Counted from the first letter of the stretch, positions 18,779-27,510 are shown. The stretch is 64,000 nt of DNA from Candidatus Eiseniibacteriota bacterium (GCA_963792585.1 CAWBWI010000006.1:992001-1056000); one strand, 5' to 3'. Numbers and translations are program-made. The notes: generated by a model from the letters alone, not told the origin.

Positions 18779-18795
18779 GGGTCCTCTGCAATGAG
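18760..18795 (+). promoter_or_regulatory. Candidate ECF promoter for anti-sigma/CHAT 1, overlapping the sigma 3' end: GGTATC-N19-TCTGCAATGAG
   Basis: 5/6 and 9/11 matches to the two boxes of the motif at 16259 and 18079, with the same spacing. Confidence 0.55.
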
Positions 18796-18843
18796 TGACC
18801 AGTCGTTTGGGAACCATGTCGAGCCGTTACTAGAGGAGCAACC

Positions 18844-19440
18844 GTGTCGGAGATAACCCGTCCGCAAGATGATCCGCTCCTGCAGGCACCCGAGCTGCGT
18901 GAGATGATCTGGGCGTTGGAACTTACCTCGGCTCCCGAGTTGAGCCCGCAGAAGGTCGCCACCCTCTGGCGGGAAGTCCGATCGAGGGCATCCGCCGGCG
19001 CGGCGCCGGGCGTTGCAGGAATCCTGAATCAGATGCGCGATGGCTTGGCGCACGCCTTGCGCGAGATTGCCGCGACCCTCGTCCAGGAGTCGCTCGTCCC
19101 GTCACCGGCCGTCCGCAGCACCGAGACGGCCCTGCCGAGGCTCCTGGTTTACGAGACCGATGAGTATGCGATCTCTCTCACGTTTCAGGCGCCCCCCGAG
19201 GCGACGCTTCTGAAGCTCATCGGTCAAGTGGTTCCAAAGCTCGCGCCCGACCTCCCCCCGGGAGGCGAGATCGCCGTGTGGAGCGAGTCCGAGACGAAGT
19301 TCGGCCGGCTTGACACGAACGGCGAATTCTCCGTGGAAGGCGTCCAGAGCGGCGATCTCCACATCGACATCCTGCTCGGGACCGACTCGATTCAGCTTTC
19401 TCCGATCCACACCGGGGCCTTCCGGGCCAGGGAGGACTAG
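18844..19440 (+). CDS. Putative soluble anti-sigma factor with C-terminal carboxypeptidase-regulatory-like beta-sandwich (copy 1)
   Basis: GAGGAG RBS before GTG; lies between sigma and CHAT; shares LVxxS/T..[VI]R[SG]..RxLx[YF]E, IGQ and GEF motifs with 37409-38065; no TM helix. Confidence 0.65.
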   Translation: MSEITRPQDDPLLQAPELREMIWALELTSAPELSPQKVATLWREVRSRASAGAAPGVAGILNQMRDGLAHALREIAATLVQESLVPSPAVRSTETALPRLLVYETDEYAISLTFQAPPEATLLKLIGQVVPKLAPDLPPGGEIAVWSESETKFGRLDTNGEFSVEGVQSGDLHIDILLGTDSIQLSPIHTGAFRARED

Positions 19441-19443
19441 AAA

Positions 19444-22254
19444 ATCCCGGACGATCCTGACGAATCGGGCGCCCCGTCTTCCGACGCTCCCCAACTTCTG
19501 CGATCGCTCGAGGATCCGCACTGGGTCCCGAGCTTCCGTGAGGCAACGATCCTGCGAGATCATGTCGCCTCTCTCCTCCAGGCCGACCCGCGACTCGCCG
19601 GTCGGATCGCCATGGATCTCCTGCGCTCCGTTCAGGGCAAGACCTCGGCATCCATCGGCGCGCAAGCCGTCGGATGGAGGGCGCGGGCCGAGTCCCTGCT
19701 GTATGCCGGCGAGTACAAAGCCGCCCGATCCGCTTACGAGAAGGCATGCTCTTGCGCCGGCGCCGCCTCGGAGCATCGTCTTCTCGGCCAAATCCTCGTA
19801 GGCAGGATCGGCACCCTCCTCGTGATGGGCGATTTCCGCTCGATCCACGCGATGACCCGCCAAGCGGAGGCCTTGCTGCGAAGGAACGACGATCAGGAGT
19901 ATCTCCGGCGTCTCCACATCAATCTGGGGAGCGGTCTCTACCATCGCGAGAAGTACGCCGAAGCCTACGCCTCCTTCGCCGAGGCCCTTCGACTGATGGA
20001 GGAGGCGGGCCAGCACGACGATCTGTGGGCGTCCCTGACGCTCAACTTCGGGATCGCGTGCAGCCAGCTCGCGCGCGTGCAGGAGGCGCGCGAGGCGTTC
20101 GCGAAGGCGGAGGCGTACGGCCGCGCCCACGCGCAGGACCGCATGGTGGCCCAGGCGGTGTTCAATCTGGGGGCCCTCGAGGGGCTCCGCGGCGGTTACC
20201 GCGCGGCCCTTCGGTCGCTCACCGAAGCCGAGGAAGCGTTCGTCCGTCAGGGAGTGCAGGAGCTCCTCGCGGCCACCCACCTCGAGCAGGCCCAGATCTA
20301 TCTCGATCTATCCATGGCCACCGAGGGCAAGGAGCTTGCCCAGAGGGCGGCCTCCGCATTCACCTCGGAAGGGATGCTCCTCGACGCGCAGCTGGCGCGG
20401 ATCGCGGAGGCGCGAAGCCTCGTGATGTTGGGACGGCCCAAGGAGGCGGAGGGGCTTCTGCGCGATGCCGAGCGCTTCTACCGGGCGCAGCACATCGCGG
20501 CAAGAAGAGCGCAGGCCCTGCTGGACATCGCGCTGGCGATGTCGGCCCGCGACGAGACGGCAGCCGCGATGCAAACGGCCCGCAGCGCGCTCAGCGTGGC
20601 CGAGCGATTGCACCTGGGAAGCCTGACCTGCGCTTGCCGTTGTCTCATCGCAGAGCTGCTCCTCCGAACTGGTGCCGGGCCCAAGGCTGAACGCGCCCTG
20701 GCGGGCATCGTCCCGGGGCTTTCGAAATTGCCGATGCGCGATCGCCTCGAATACTGGAGCACGGCCGCGCGGGTCGCGGCGTTCCGAGGAATGACCGCGC
20801 TGGCCGGACGCCGCTACCGCAGGGCAACGCAGTGTTTGGAAGCTCAGAGGGCACTGATTCCGGGTCTCGAACTCCGCACGAAGTCGTTCGAACAGAACGT
20901 CCGCGTCTACCACGAGAAGATCGCGCTCCTGGCGGGGTCTCGACGCCCCCAACTCGATCGCATCCTGCTCCTGATGGAGCGGGCGCGGGGTAGAACGTTC
21001 CGGGAGCTCGTGGCCGCGCGGGGCCGGCAGTCGCAGGGGGAGATTGCGGAGCTCCGAGCCGTGCTCGGCTCCCTGGTGCGGCGCCTCGACCACCTCGTGA
21101 TGGGAGAGCGTCCGGCGGCGCCCCAGGAGGTAGAGCCCCTCCGACGGCAGGTCGTGCAGCTCGAACACCAGATCACCTCGCGCGTGCGCCGGATCGAGAC
21201 GACGGAGGGGTCCGTCACCGGAAGCGGTTCGTTCCGAAGGTCATCCCAGATCGTCCCCCTTCTCGCCGCCGACGAGGTGATGATCGAGTACTTCGTAGCG
21301 AAGGATCGAATTCTGGCGGCGGTGGTGGGAAAGCAGGAGCGTTTCCTGCGGACGCTCGAGGCACCACTGCCCAGGCTACGGGATCTCCTCGACCATTTCG
21401 GCCTCCAACTGGAATCGCTCGCCGCCACCGCGAGCCGACCCTTGGGGGGCCAGGCGTTCCTGCGACGGAGCGCGGAAGCGAAACTGGAGGAGTTCTACTC
21501 GTTGCTCCTCCGACCCATCCTCGGGGATCTTCCCCCCTGCGGACGGCTCACGATCATTCCGCACGACATCCTGCACCAGATCCCGTTCGAGTGTCTTCAC
21601 GACGGAACTCAGTACCTCGATCGTTCTTGGCAGATCACGCGGTGCCCGACGGCAGATTTCCTGATCGAGCGCAGAAGTCGGTCACGGGGGGCCCCCGTAG
21701 GGAATACGGTGGTCATCGCCGGAACTCGCCCCGGATCCCCATTCATCGAGGTGGAAGCACGGCGGGTGCTGGATTCCTGGGAGCCGTCCGGCAGCCGGTT
21801 GTTGGTCGATCCATCCTCTGCCGATGCTCTGGCCGCCATGAAGGGGGCCCGGGTCATTCACGTGAGCGCCCACGGCAACTTCCGCGGCGACAACCCCCTA
21901 TTCTCGACGCTGCACCTCGGTCGTGAGGTGCTCTTTCTGGCCGATATCCTGGAGACGCCCCTCACCGCCGACCTGGCCGTTCTGAGTTCCTGCGACAGCG
22001 GACAAACATTCAGTGGCCGAGGGGACGCCCTACTGGGCGTCGCACATGCATTCCTCGCCGCCGGCACGGACCGCCTGGTGGCCTCCCTCTGGCGCGTCCA
22101 CGATCAAGCCACGGCTTCCTGGATGGAGGCCTTTCACCGCGCCTTGCGGGAGAGCGGGGACGCCCCGGCGGCCCGCCTTCACGCTTGCCAGGTGGTTCGG
22201 GAAGAGTGGCCGCATCCCTTCTACTGGGGCGGATTCAGCGTTCTCGGAGGCTAG
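19444..22254 (+). CDS. TPR-CHAT (caspase HetF-associated) protease (copy 1); first ATG is 19612, but the frame is open and homologous from about 19444
   Basis: Long TPR-like helical region; CHAT motifs IIPHDILHQIPFE, IHVSAHG (His), LSSCDSG (Cys), VASLWRV, HPFYWGGF. Confidence 0.9.
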   Translation: MPDDPDESGAPSSDAPQLLRSLEDPHWVPSFREATILRDHVASLLQADPRLAGRIAMDLLRSVQGKTSASIGAQAVGWRARAESLLYAGEYKAARSAYEKACSCAGAASEHRLLGQILVGRIGTLLVMGDFRSIHAMTRQAEALLRRNDDQEYLRRLHINLGSGLYHREKYAEAYASFAEALRLMEEAGQHDDLWASLTLNFGIACSQLARVQEAREAFAKAEAYGRAHAQDRMVAQAVFNLGALEGLRGGYRAALRSLTEAEEAFVRQGVQELLAATHLEQAQIYLDLSMATEGKELAQRAASAFTSEGMLLDAQLARIAEARSLVMLGRPKEAEGLLRDAERFYRAQHIAARRAQALLDIALAMSARDETAAAMQTARSALSVAERLHLGSLTCACRCLIAELLLRTGAGPKAERALAGIVPGLSKLPMRDRLEYWSTAARVAAFRGMTALAGRRYRRATQCLEAQRALIPGLELRTKSFEQNVRVYHEKIALLAGSRRPQLDRILLLMERARGRTFRELVAARGRQSQGEIAELRAVLGSLVRRLDHLVMGERPAAPQEVEPLRRQVVQLEHQITSRVRRIETTEGSVTGSGSFRRSSQIVPLLAADEVMIEYFVAKDRILAAVVGKQERFLRTLEAPLPRLRDLLDHFGLQLESLAATASRPLGGQAFLRRSAEAKLEEFYSLLLRPILGDLPPCGRLTIIPHDILHQIPFECLHDGTQYLDRSWQITRCPTADFLIERRSRSRGAPVGNTVVIAGTRPGSPFIEVEARRVLDSWEPSGSRLLVDPSSADALAAMKGARVIHVSAHGNFRGDNPLFSTLHLGREVLFLADILETPLTADLAVLSSCDSGQTFSGRGDALLGVAHAFLAAGTDRLVASLWRVHDQATASWMEAFHRALRESGDAPAARLHACQVVREEWPHPFYWGGFSVLGG

Positions 22255-22287
22255 GGCGCCTCGCCTCCTCTTCGGGTTCCTCCTCCC

Positions 22288-23373
22288 TCACTTCCCCCCG
22301 TACTTCATCCGCATGATGTCCTGTGTCGACCGACTGATGCGCTTCCACCGGGCCTGCTCTTCGAGTCGCAGGCGAATGTCCTGCTTCCTCTCGAGGAAGC
22401 GCAGCTCGCGCCGGAGCTTCACGTAGCTCGCGTAGCGCGCCTCCTGCAGGGTGCCGTCCTCGAGCGCCCGGCGCACCGCGCAATCGGGCTCGCTCTGGTG
22501 TTGGCAGTCGGCGAAGCGACACTCCGCAGCGATCTCCTCGATGTCGTGGAACGCCGCGTCCAGACTCTCCTCGTCGGCCCAGAGCTGGACCTCGCGCATC
22601 CCCGGCGTATCGATGACAATTCCCCCACCCGGCAGCAGGAGAAGCTGCCGCCAGGTCGTGGTGTGCCGGCCGCGGCCGTCGGAGTCTCGAATCTGCGTGG
22701 TCTTCAGCCGCTCTTCGCCAAGGAGACGGTTGATGATCGTGGACTTTCCGACTCCCGACGAACCGATGAGGGCGACCGTGTCTCCCTCACCGACGTACGA
22801 GCCGAGCGCATCGAGGCCGTTGCCGTCGAGCGCGCTCACCGCAAGCACGGTTGCGCCGCCGGCGACGACCTCGATCTCGCGCACCAGAGACGCGGCGTGG
22901 GCATTCAGATCCGCCTTGTTGAGCACGACCACCGGCCGCACGCCGCTCTCGCGCGCGATGGTGAGGTAGCGCTCGAGCCGCCGCGGATTAAAATCCTTGT
23001 CCACGTCGGTGACGATGAAGAGCGTGTCGAGATTCGCCGCGATGACCTGTGCTTCGGTCAACATCCCGGCCGCCTTTCGCAAGAGCAGCGTCCGGCGTGG
23101 CAGCACCGCGTGGATGATGGCCGTCGAATCGCCGTTCAACTGCAGCGCCACCCAATCCCCGACGGCCGGAAAGTCGAGACGCGATGCGGCCGTGTACCGC
23201 AACCGGCCGGTCACCTCGGCGTCGCGCACTCCCTCGACACAGAAAACCGCGTAACGATCCCGATGTTCTTCCGCGACCCGCGCCGGGATGAACCCGGCGT
23301 CATGATGTGGCTGGAAACTCTGTTCGAAAGATGCCTGCCATCCCAGTTGATGGAGGTCGAATTCGATACCCAT
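22288..23373 (-). CDS. rsgA: Ribosome small subunit-dependent GTPase A
   Basis: PAVGDWV, circularly permuted NKAD / GSSGVGKS / GRHTTT / DTPGMRE, and Zn finger CRFADCQHQSEPDCAV. Confidence 0.96.
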   Translation of the reverse strand: MGIEFDLHQLGWQASFEQSFQPHHDAGFIPARVAEEHRDRYAVFCVEGVRDAEVTGRLRYTAASRLDFPAVGDWVALQLNGDSTAIIHAVLPRRTLLLRKAAGMLTEAQVIAANLDTLFIVTDVDKDFNPRRLERYLTIARESGVRPVVVLNKADLNAHAASLVREIEVVAGGATVLAVSALDGNGLDALGSYVGEGDTVALIGSSGVGKSTIINRLLGEERLKTTQIRDSDGRGRHTTTWRQLLLLPGGGIVIDTPGMREVQLWADEESLDAAFHDIEEIAAECRFADCQHQSEPDCAVRRALEDGTLQEARYASYVKLRRELRFLERKQDIRLRLEEQARWKRISRSTQDIMRMKYGGK

Positions 23374-23491
23374 GACGATTGCACCTCTGATTCTCGGTGA
23401 GCCAATGATTGCCGAACCCGCTACGCGCGGGAACGGAATATCCGGGTGGAATCGAGGTGTGTTCGGAGAGCGGACTCAGCGGGCCGAGAAA

Positions 23492-23551
23492 CTAGGCGCC
23501 GAAAGCGCCCCCGAGGCACACCGCGACGAGATCAAGAACATGGGCAGTCAT
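23492..23551 (-). CDS. Candidate 19-aa leader peptide (MTAHVLDLVAVCLGGAFGA) upstream of rsgA
   Basis: AAAGGAGG (23568-23561) 9 nt before ATG 23551; TAG at 23494-23492; lies between the promoter and rsgA. Confidence 0.55.
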   Translation of the reverse strand: MTAHVLDLVAVCLGGAFGA

Positions 23552-23603
23552 TTGGCTGTGCCTCCTTTCGAGTCTTGCGGCAACGGACCTGTTGACTTGA
23601 AAA

Positions 23604-23631
23604 ATAGTAGCGCGTTTGTCGGCGATGTCAA
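23604..23631 (-). promoter_or_regulatory. Sigma-70 promoter for the rsgA leader: TTGACA-N16-TACTAT
   Basis: Near-consensus hexamers in an AT-rich patch, oriented toward rsgA. Confidence 0.65.
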
Positions 23632-23660
23632 GCAGTCCGGCCTCCGGCGGTCCCCGATCG

Positions 23661-24491
23661 TCAGACCGATCGGACCCGAACTTCCCTCCGGGGCCGCACG
23701 GCCGGTCGCTCCGCGGGCCATCCCAGCGGCGTCACCGTGACCAGGTAGCGCTCCTTCGGAATCCCGAGGACTTCTTTCGCGTCCTCGCGATTCAGCGCGC
23801 CGATCCAGCAAGTGCCGAGGCCGCGCGCCCACGCGGCGAGCATCAGATGATAGGCCGCGATGCAGCCGTCCTCGATCGGCAGAGGCGAGGCTCCGGGGTC
23901 GCTCACGATCGCCACGGCCATGGGCGCGCCCCCGATCGGATCGGACGAGCCGGGACGCACCAGGGCCAGGCGATCGAGGATTGCGCGGTCCCTGACCACA
24001 ACGTACTCCACCGGCTGCGAGTTGCGCGCCGACGGCGCGAACCGGCAGCTCTCGAGCACGGCCGTCAACGTGGCCTCGTCGACCGCGCGTCCGGTGAACT
24101 GCCGCACGCTCCGGCGGGTGTGGAGCAGTTGCTCGCCGTCCAGGTACGGATCGAGATCGTGCTCGAAGGACTGGAACTCGAGCCGCCTTCCCTCCGGATC
24201 GCGACCGAAGAAGTGGTAGATCCGGTACTTCTCGTCGAGCCTGGGAGCTGCATCCGCGATCGGAGCAAGGCGAGCATGGGCCGCATCGACGCCCGTGCGG
24301 TCGGGATAGAAGACCGTGATCATCGCATCGACATCCGCCTTGCCCGTCGCGTGGAAGCCGACCTTGAGATTGCCGTGGGACAGGATCAGGCAGTCTGCCT
24401 GGTCGAGCCACTCACGCATCCCGACTTCGTCCGTGTAGAAGCGCCGGAGCTTCTCGAGTTCGTTCGTCGCGAAGAAGACGATTCCCGACAT
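23661..24491 (-). CDS. VOC/glyoxalase-like domain fused to nitroreductase
   Basis: N-terminal RRFYTDEVG...FFGRDPEGRRLEF; C-terminal RRSVRQF, APSARNSQP, GLGTCWIG. Confidence 0.88.
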   Translation of the reverse strand: MSGIVFFATNELEKLRRFYTDEVGMREWLDQADCLILSHGNLKVGFHATGKADVDAMITVFYPDRTGVDAAHARLAPIADAAPRLDEKYRIYHFFGRDPEGRRLEFQSFEHDLDPYLDGEQLLHTRRSVRQFTGRAVDEATLTAVLESCRFAPSARNSQPVEYVVVRDRAILDRLALVRPGSSDPIGGAPMAVAIVSDPGASPLPIEDGCIAAYHLMLAAWARGLGTCWIGALNREDAKEVLGIPKERYLVTVTPLGWPAERPAVRPRREVRVRSV

Positions 24492-24512
24492 CGTTCCCTT
24501 CCTCCCGGAGGC

Positions 24513-24707
24513 TCAGTCCTTGTTCTGGTTCCGCTCCTTCCGCGCAGGCGGCCCCTCCCGCTTCAGGCGCCCCTCGTCCTCGAGAACGCGGCGCAGGACG
24601 AACTCGATCTGGCCGTTCAGGCTTCTGAGATCGGCATCCGCCCACCGCTGCAGCGCCTCGAGGATCGAGGGATCGATCCGCAGCAGGAAACTCTTCCGCG
24701 CCGCCAC
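24513..24707 (-). CDS. Arc-like ribbon-helix-helix DNA-binding protein
   Basis: RKSFLLRIDP...LQRWADADLRSLNGQIEFVLR; typical partner of SPFH genes. Confidence 0.85.
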   Translation of the reverse strand: MAARKSFLLRIDPSILEALQRWADADLRSLNGQIEFVLRRVLEDEGRLKREGPPARKERNQNKD

Positions 24708-24719
24708 GTCCGTTCCCTT

Positions 24720-25589
24720 CTATGTGTAGAGGGTGCCGGTGTTGACGACAGGCTGGGTGTGGGCGTTGCTGCAGAGCACGACGAGCAGATTGGAGACCAT
24801 CGCCGCCTTGCGCTCCTCGTCGAGTTCCACGACCTTCCGCTCCGACAGCTTGTCGAGGGCCATCTCGACCATCCCGACCGCCCCTTCGACGATCTTCTGC
24901 CGCGCGGCGATGATCGCCGTGGCCTGCTGGCGCTGGAGCATCGCGCTCGCGATTTCGGGCGCGTAGGCCAGATGGCTGATCCGCGCCTCGATCACCTCGA
25001 CGCCGGCCTTGGACAATCGCGTCTGCACCTCCACCTTGAGCTGCTCGGCAATCTCGGCCGGATTCGCCCGCAGCGACGGCTCCCCTTCGGCGTGCGAGTC
25101 GTAGGGGTGGGTCGTCGCGAGATTTCGCACGGCGGCTTCGGTCTGCACCTTGATGAAGTTCTCGTAACTGTCGACCTCGAACATCGCCTCGGCCGTGTCG
25201 ACGACCCTCCAGACGACGATCGCGCCGATCTCGATCGGGTTGCCGATCGAGTCGTTGACCTTCAACTTGGCGCTCTCGAAGTTCCGGATCCGAAGGCTCA
25301 GCGTCCGTCGCGTGAAGAACGGACTCATCCAGCGCAGTCCCGCCGTTTTCGACGTGCCCACGTAACTGCCGAAGAGCTGCGCAACCGCGCCTTCGTTCGG
25401 GTTCAGGACAAAGAGCCCCGCCATGAGGAAAAGAACGACGAACATTGCGATGACGCCGATGACCCCCATTACCGGATGCGAGGACTTCGCCGCGGTGACG
25501 ATCCAGTAGATCGTTCCGGCCAGAGCGGCGAGCAACACGAACAGAACCGGATAGCCGGAAACCGTCTTCAACTCACGTTCACGGACCAT
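24720..25589 (-). CDS. SPFH/Band 7 domain membrane protein
   Basis: Two N-terminal TM segments; [47 protein letters not shown]. Confidence 0.93.
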   Translation of the reverse strand: MVRERELKTVSGYPVLFVLLAALAGTIYWIVTAAKSSHPVMGVIGVIAMFVVLFLMAGLFVLNPNEGAVAQLFGSYVGTSKTAGLRWMSPFFTRRTLSLRIRNFESAKLKVNDSIGNPIEIGAIVVWRVVDTAEAMFEVDSYENFIKVQTEAAVRNLATTHPYDSHAEGEPSLRANPAEIAEQLKVEVQTRLSKAGVEVIEARISHLAYAPEIASAMLQRQQATAIIAARQKIVEGAVGMVEMALDKLSERKVVELDEERKAAMVSNLLVVLCSNAHTQPVVNTGTLYT

Positions 25590-25608
25590 GGGAACCCTCC
25601 TTTACTGA

Positions 25609-25647
25609 GATATCAATATGATATCACTGCGATATCATTCCAGTCAA
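25609..25647 (-). promoter_or_regulatory. SPFH operon promoter (TTGACT-N18-TATCAT, extended TG) overlapped by three GATATC boxes
   Basis: GATATC at 25609, 25620 and 25631 (11-bp period); -35 at 25647-25642, -10 at 25623-25618. Confidence 0.65.
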
Positions 25648-25717
25648 GAGGGATAACAGGAAGGGGCGGCCGGAGCCGCCCCTTCCGGGCTGCGCAATCT
25701 GTGAGACCTGCTCGCCG

Positions 25718-27451
25718 TCAGGGTAGCCGCAGTAACCGACCTCCCGCGCTGCGCTCAACACCTTGCGTCTGAAACAGATAGACTCCTGGGGCAGCCGGAC
25801 GACCGGCCCGGGTCCGGCCGTCCCAGACCGCGGCGGCCCCGCCATCGGAGCCGATCTCGAGAGGGATTGTTCGGATGAGCGCCCCGTTCACCGCGTAGAT
25901 CGATACCTCCCTGCCGGGGGAGACGCCCGGGGCGAGCTCGATCCGCGCCCCATCGCGCGTTGGATTCGGCCAGAGCCGAAGCCCCTGAGGCCGCGAGGTT
26001 GGATCCTCGACCCCTGCCGGGACGGCCTCATCCACGGTGATCCTCTGGGGAACCGGGACGTTCGGAATGCGCTGCACGATGTGGTTCCCGCCCGAGCCGG
26101 GCCACGTGATCTGCAGATCGACCGCGGTCATGGCCCCGATGCCGAAGAAGGCTTCGATCGGGTTCTGCGAGGAAAACCCGCCGTGGGCCTCGATCTCCCT
26201 GAAGCCGAGCAGGTGAGCCGGCTGCCCGACGAAGCCGGCATCATAGATCGCGACCTTCGCGCCGACACCGTCGCGGTTCGAGTAGCCGAGTCCCCGATCA
26301 TGGCGGTGGCCGACCAGTCGAACGCTCAGCGATCGGCCATCATTCAGGTTGTTCACGTATAGATAGTTCTGCCCGGGCGTGTGCTCGTTGCCGATCCCCG
26401 CATCGAGATCGCCGTCGGCGTCGCAGTCGGCCCATGCGATCGAATCCGTGCTGCCCAGTCCCAATTCGGCCAGCTCCGTGAAGGTCCCGTCCCCGTTGTT
26501 CAGATAGATGTAGTTCTGATCGGCGCTGGTGAAGTCCCCATTGCCGACGGAAACATCCAGGTCTCCGTCGTTGTCGACATCGGCCCAGACGATCGTATTC
26601 GTGTCCCGCGATCCGAACTGAGCCTGCCCCGTGAAGGTGCCGTCGCCGTTGTTCACGTACAGGGCACAACCGTGCGCGTCCCAGTTGCCGACGGCCATGT
26701 CGAGGTCCCCGTCGTTGTCGCAATCGCCCCAGGCAAGACTCGCCGTGTCACTCGACCCGAACTCCGCCCGCTCGGTGAACGTGCCGTTGCCGTTGTTGAC
26801 ATAGAGGTAGTTTTGTCCGATGAAGCCGAAGCCTCCGTTCCCGACGGCCATGTCCAGGTCGCCGTCATTGTCGAAGTCGCCCCAGACGAGCGAGTCGGTC
26901 TGCCCCAGCCCGAACTGCAGCTGCTGGGTGAAGGTCCCGTCGCCGTTGTTGATGTAGAGATAATTCTGTTCCGATACGCCGAGGATCCCGTTTCCGACCG
27001 CAAGATCCAGATCCCCGTCGTTGTCGGAATCCCCCCAGGCGACTGCGATCGTCCGCTTCAGACCGAATTGGGATTGCTGGGTGAACGTACCGCTCCCGTT
27101 GTTGACGAAGAGGTAGTTCTGCTGGTTGCTGCCGCGGCCGACGGCCATGTCCAGGTCACCGTCATTGTCGAAGTCCGCCCCGGCAACGGCGAAGGTGGCG
27201 CCGCTTCCGAACTGGGCCTGCTGGGTGTAGCTGCCGTCCCCGTTGTTGACGAAAAGGGCGTTCGCCCCACCGTTGTGCCCCACGGCAAGGTCGACCCTTC
27301 CGTCGTTGTTGAAGTCCCCCCACGCAATCGGGATCGTGGTGCCGCTCCCGAACTGGAGTTGCTGGGTGAAATCCGCAAACGCATCCGCCGGCGCGAGTAT
27401 CGCCAACGCGCCGAGGCAGATGAGAGCCGCAACCGACCGGGATGCCTGCAT
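25718..27451 (-). CDS. Secreted FG-GAP/VCBS 7-repeat protein with ASPIC/UnbV-like domain and FlgD/T9SS-like CTD
   Basis: Seven WGDxDNDGDLDxAVG...NxLYxNNGDGTFT repeats; SNRDGVGAKV...GFSSQN...FGIG; CTD WPNP...WDGR..GVYL; signal peptide. Confidence 0.9.
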   Translation of the reverse strand: MQASRSVAALICLGALAILAPADAFADFTQQLQFGSGTTIPIAWGDFNNDGRVDLAVGHNGGANALFVNNGDGSYTQQAQFGSGATFAVAGADFDNDGDLDMAVGRGSNQQNYLFVNNGSGTFTQQSQFGLKRTIAVAWGDSDNDGDLDLAVGNGILGVSEQNYLYINNGDGTFTQQLQFGLGQTDSLVWGDFDNDGDLDMAVGNGGFGFIGQNYLYVNNGNGTFTERAEFGSSDTASLAWGDCDNDGDLDMAVGNWDAHGCALYVNNGDGTFTGQAQFGSRDTNTIVWADVDNDGDLDVSVGNGDFTSADQNYIYLNNGDGTFTELAELGLGSTDSIAWADCDADGDLDAGIGNEHTPGQNYLYVNNLNDGRSLSVRLVGHRHDRGLGYSNRDGVGAKVAIYDAGFVGQPAHLLGFREIEAHGGFSSQNPIEAFFGIGAMTAVDLQITWPGSGGNHIVQRIPNVPVPQRITVDEAVPAGVEDPTSRPQGLRLWPNPTRDGARIELAPGVSPGREVSIYAVNGALIRTIPLEIGSDGGAAAVWDGRTRAGRPAAPGVYLFQTQGVERSAGGRLLRLP

Positions 27452-27510
27452 GATCGCCTCCTGCTTTCTTTCGGAAGTCCAGGCTCAACCCCGTCGAGCA
27501 ATGGACAACG

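Noticed and set aside
18791..18856. 21-codon ORF between sigma 1 and anti-sigma 1
   Set aside because: Weak RBS, overlaps the proposed promoter, and has no counterpart in module 2.
19438..19440. Pyrrolysine recoding of the in-frame TAG
   Set aside because: No pyl genes or other evidence in the window; the paralogous module encodes the two proteins separately.
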